64,000 nt of DNA from Octopus sinensis. Taxonomy: Eukaryota. Position numbers and translations under genes: made by a program. The DNA lies in NCBI RefSeq assembly GCF_006345805.1, contig NC_043001.1, forward strand, positions 15,438,001-15,502,000, read 5' to 3'. The first letter of the stretch is position 1. Each line of letters begins with the position of its first letter. Shown here one piece after another: positions 61,961-64,000 of this stretch. The notes under the pieces are model-generated. The model was not told the DNA's origin. It saw only the letters and a list, made by a program, of their open reading frames with translations, and ran no database searches.

Positions 61961-62600
61961 TTTTTCCTCCACGATTCTGTATAGGTAGGCCAGGGGTATC
62001 AAAATCGTTTAGTTTTCCAGACAGAATTCAAGTAAAAACTGGATTTTATGGCCCAGATTGGGACAATTATTTCTAAAAGCCCTATTTGCAATGCATATCA
62101 AACTAAATGGCTAAATGGATCAATAAGCGGGAAAAACGTATTCACATGGGATATATATGCAGTTTTATTAAGAAACGCATCTTAAATACATTCAGCTCTG
62201 GAGAAAGTCAATGCTTGATTGAAAGTTAGTAGAGTTTTAGGAGCAATGCCTTTTAATATCATTCATATCTCAAGAATCAGATCGGACGAACACGTGCGAA
62301 AAGAATACTTTCGTTTGGCTTGGCATGTATACACAAAGAAAAGGTGAAATAAGTCACATCTTTCAGTAAATGGAATCATAAGCTTTATTTTCATTAATTG
62401 AGATAACAAAAGATGTGTTGAGGTGCACCGATTCGACTGCAAACGATTTATATTTTACAGAATATAACAAGAAGAGTATTGTAGTTCGCTTGAAGCATTG
62501 TGTATTGTTTGTAAAGAATAAAATATTTTGAATGACAACAATGCACTATAATACAGACAATAGACTATAATAAATGTTGTAATGTAATTATCCATAGTCT

Positions 62601-62638
62601 GATATGATATTTCGGAATAAAATTCCTTCTTCAGATAT
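62601..62638 (-). ncRNA. Minimal type I hammerhead ribozyme (left arm)
   Basis: Mirror of the + copy; helix I 4 bp. Confidence 0.8.
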
Positions 62639-62653
62639 TCCTAGGAATTGATG

Positions 62654-62692
62654 GATATCTGAAGAAGGAATTTTATTCCGAAATATCATATC
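62654..62692 (+). ncRNA. Complete minimal type I hammerhead ribozyme (right arm)
   Basis: gatat-CTGAAGA-a-ggaat(ttt)attcc-GAAA-ta-TC-atatc: perfect 5-bp helices I and II, AUC triplet, predicted cut after 62687. Confidence 0.9.
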
Positions 62693-63489
62693 AGACTATG
62701 GATAATTAAATTACAACAGTTATTATAGTCCATTGTTTGAATTACAATGCATTGTTGTCATTCAAAATATTTTATACTTTAGAATATAACAAATAAAGAT
62801 GATGAGTCTTTGTGCCTGAAATATATAAAGGTTTTTTAACCTTTTCCTCTGCGCTGTGTAAGAAGCCCTCCGACTTCACTATTTGGTAATTTTGCTTCTT
62901 TATCACAATGGTTCAAACGAGCCACAACACTCTTAATAATAAAGCCTTTTGGAATAAAAGTGAGTCAAGGATCGGATAGACTGGGCTCGCGGGCCGAACG
63001 TTTGAAACTGTAAGATGAGAAATCAAAAACGCAAAATACGAAGAATTTGCTGGGTAGAAGACTTTGCATATGTGCTCGAATCTATGTTAGCAAGTTTAAA
63101 AATATAAATTAAAATCAACTAGCAGGAAATGAGAGGGTAGAAAACTAGAATATTTTTTTGTTATACCGAAAATAGCTTTTCTGGGAAAAGCGATTCGCAA
63201 AAGCACAATAATAGCGAAGAAAATCAGATTTATAAATGTTATACCAATATATAATATATATGCACCAACAGCATACTATAGAATGTGGGTGGGGTACATA
63301 TATATGCATATATATATATGTACATTATATATGTATATACACACATACTAAAGGTTGCATATATACAAATATACAGAAAACGTTAGGTGCAGCGTATGCA
63401 TAACAAGCAACCATTTAACCAACACTAATACATTTATATGTACATATATGTACATACATACACGCGCACATATCTATGTACATGTACAA

Positions 63490-63538
<49 letters not shown>

Positions 63539-64000
63539 ATATATATATATATATATCAGCCGAAATTACTACGATGATCCGGTTCTTGACTGAAGACTGA
63601 GGGGTTCGAATGTCCTGTCCATGTTTATTGTATCGTCTTCTATGAGTTATACGTTCTTGTCCATGTTGTATTTTTCTACATACCTTAACATATATTCCAG
63701 GCGCCCCGTACCCCCCTTATCATTAATGTGACACATATTCTTAATAATTGGTACGACTCTCTGTTTGTCTCTCTCTCTCTCTCATTTTTACTTTCTCTCT
63801 ATTCATCTTCTCTTTCCCTGATCCTTTGGTCTAGTCTTCCACTACCTCCTATTTCTTTGTCTCGCTCTGCACTCACAGGTCATTCTTCGACACCCATCCC
63901 TCCTCCTCTCTGATTCCTTCTTTCTCTCTCTTCTCTCTCTTTGTTGCGTTTTGTCCCCCTTTCTCTCTCTCTCTTCCTTTGCTCTCTTTCTTTTCTTTTC

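Larger units (their letters stand above)
62518..62775. repeat. ~121-bp-arm inverted repeat, 16-nt spacer, inner 54 bp perfect
   Basis: 62585-62638 is the exact reverse complement of 62655-62708; outer parts diverged. Confidence 0.95.

Overview
Metazoan, repeat-saturated, non-genic or intronic DNA. It is AT-rich and packed with (TA)n, (CA)n, (GATA)n, (ATGT)n, (AAT)n and (TTTG)n microsatellites, with one 100-N scaffold gap. The SINE repertoire and microsatellite density suggest a cephalopod, probably Octopus (inference from recall, not a database result). No host protein-coding gene can be supported, and almost all ORFs in the six-frame track are microsatellite translations. Identifiable elements: several tRNA-headed SINE families (labelled A-E here for bookkeeping), fragments of RTE, CR1/L2-group and R4/Dong-like (RLE) LINEs, a Penelope-like GIY-YIG endonuclease fragment, Tc1/mariner and hAT remnants and MITEs with TIRs and TSDs, five non-autonomous Helitrons, and minisatellites. 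The most interesting signal is not in the ORF track. About ten minimal type I hammerhead ribozyme (HHR) motifs with intact or near-intact cores (CYGANGA...GAAA...NUH, palindromic helix III), plus several decayed ones, occur in at least 8 unrelated short non-coding elements. Most sit in or next to (TA)n tracts and several carry fold-back inverted duplications. They include a tRNA-headed SINE fused to an HHR with a perfect 19-bp 5' inversion (45905-46124) and a 121-bp-arm palindrome encoding an HHR on both strands (62518-62775). These look like a diverse set of non-autonomous elements mobilised by Penelope-like retroelements. All structures were folded by eye and coordinates counted by hand, so boundaries may be off by a few bases.
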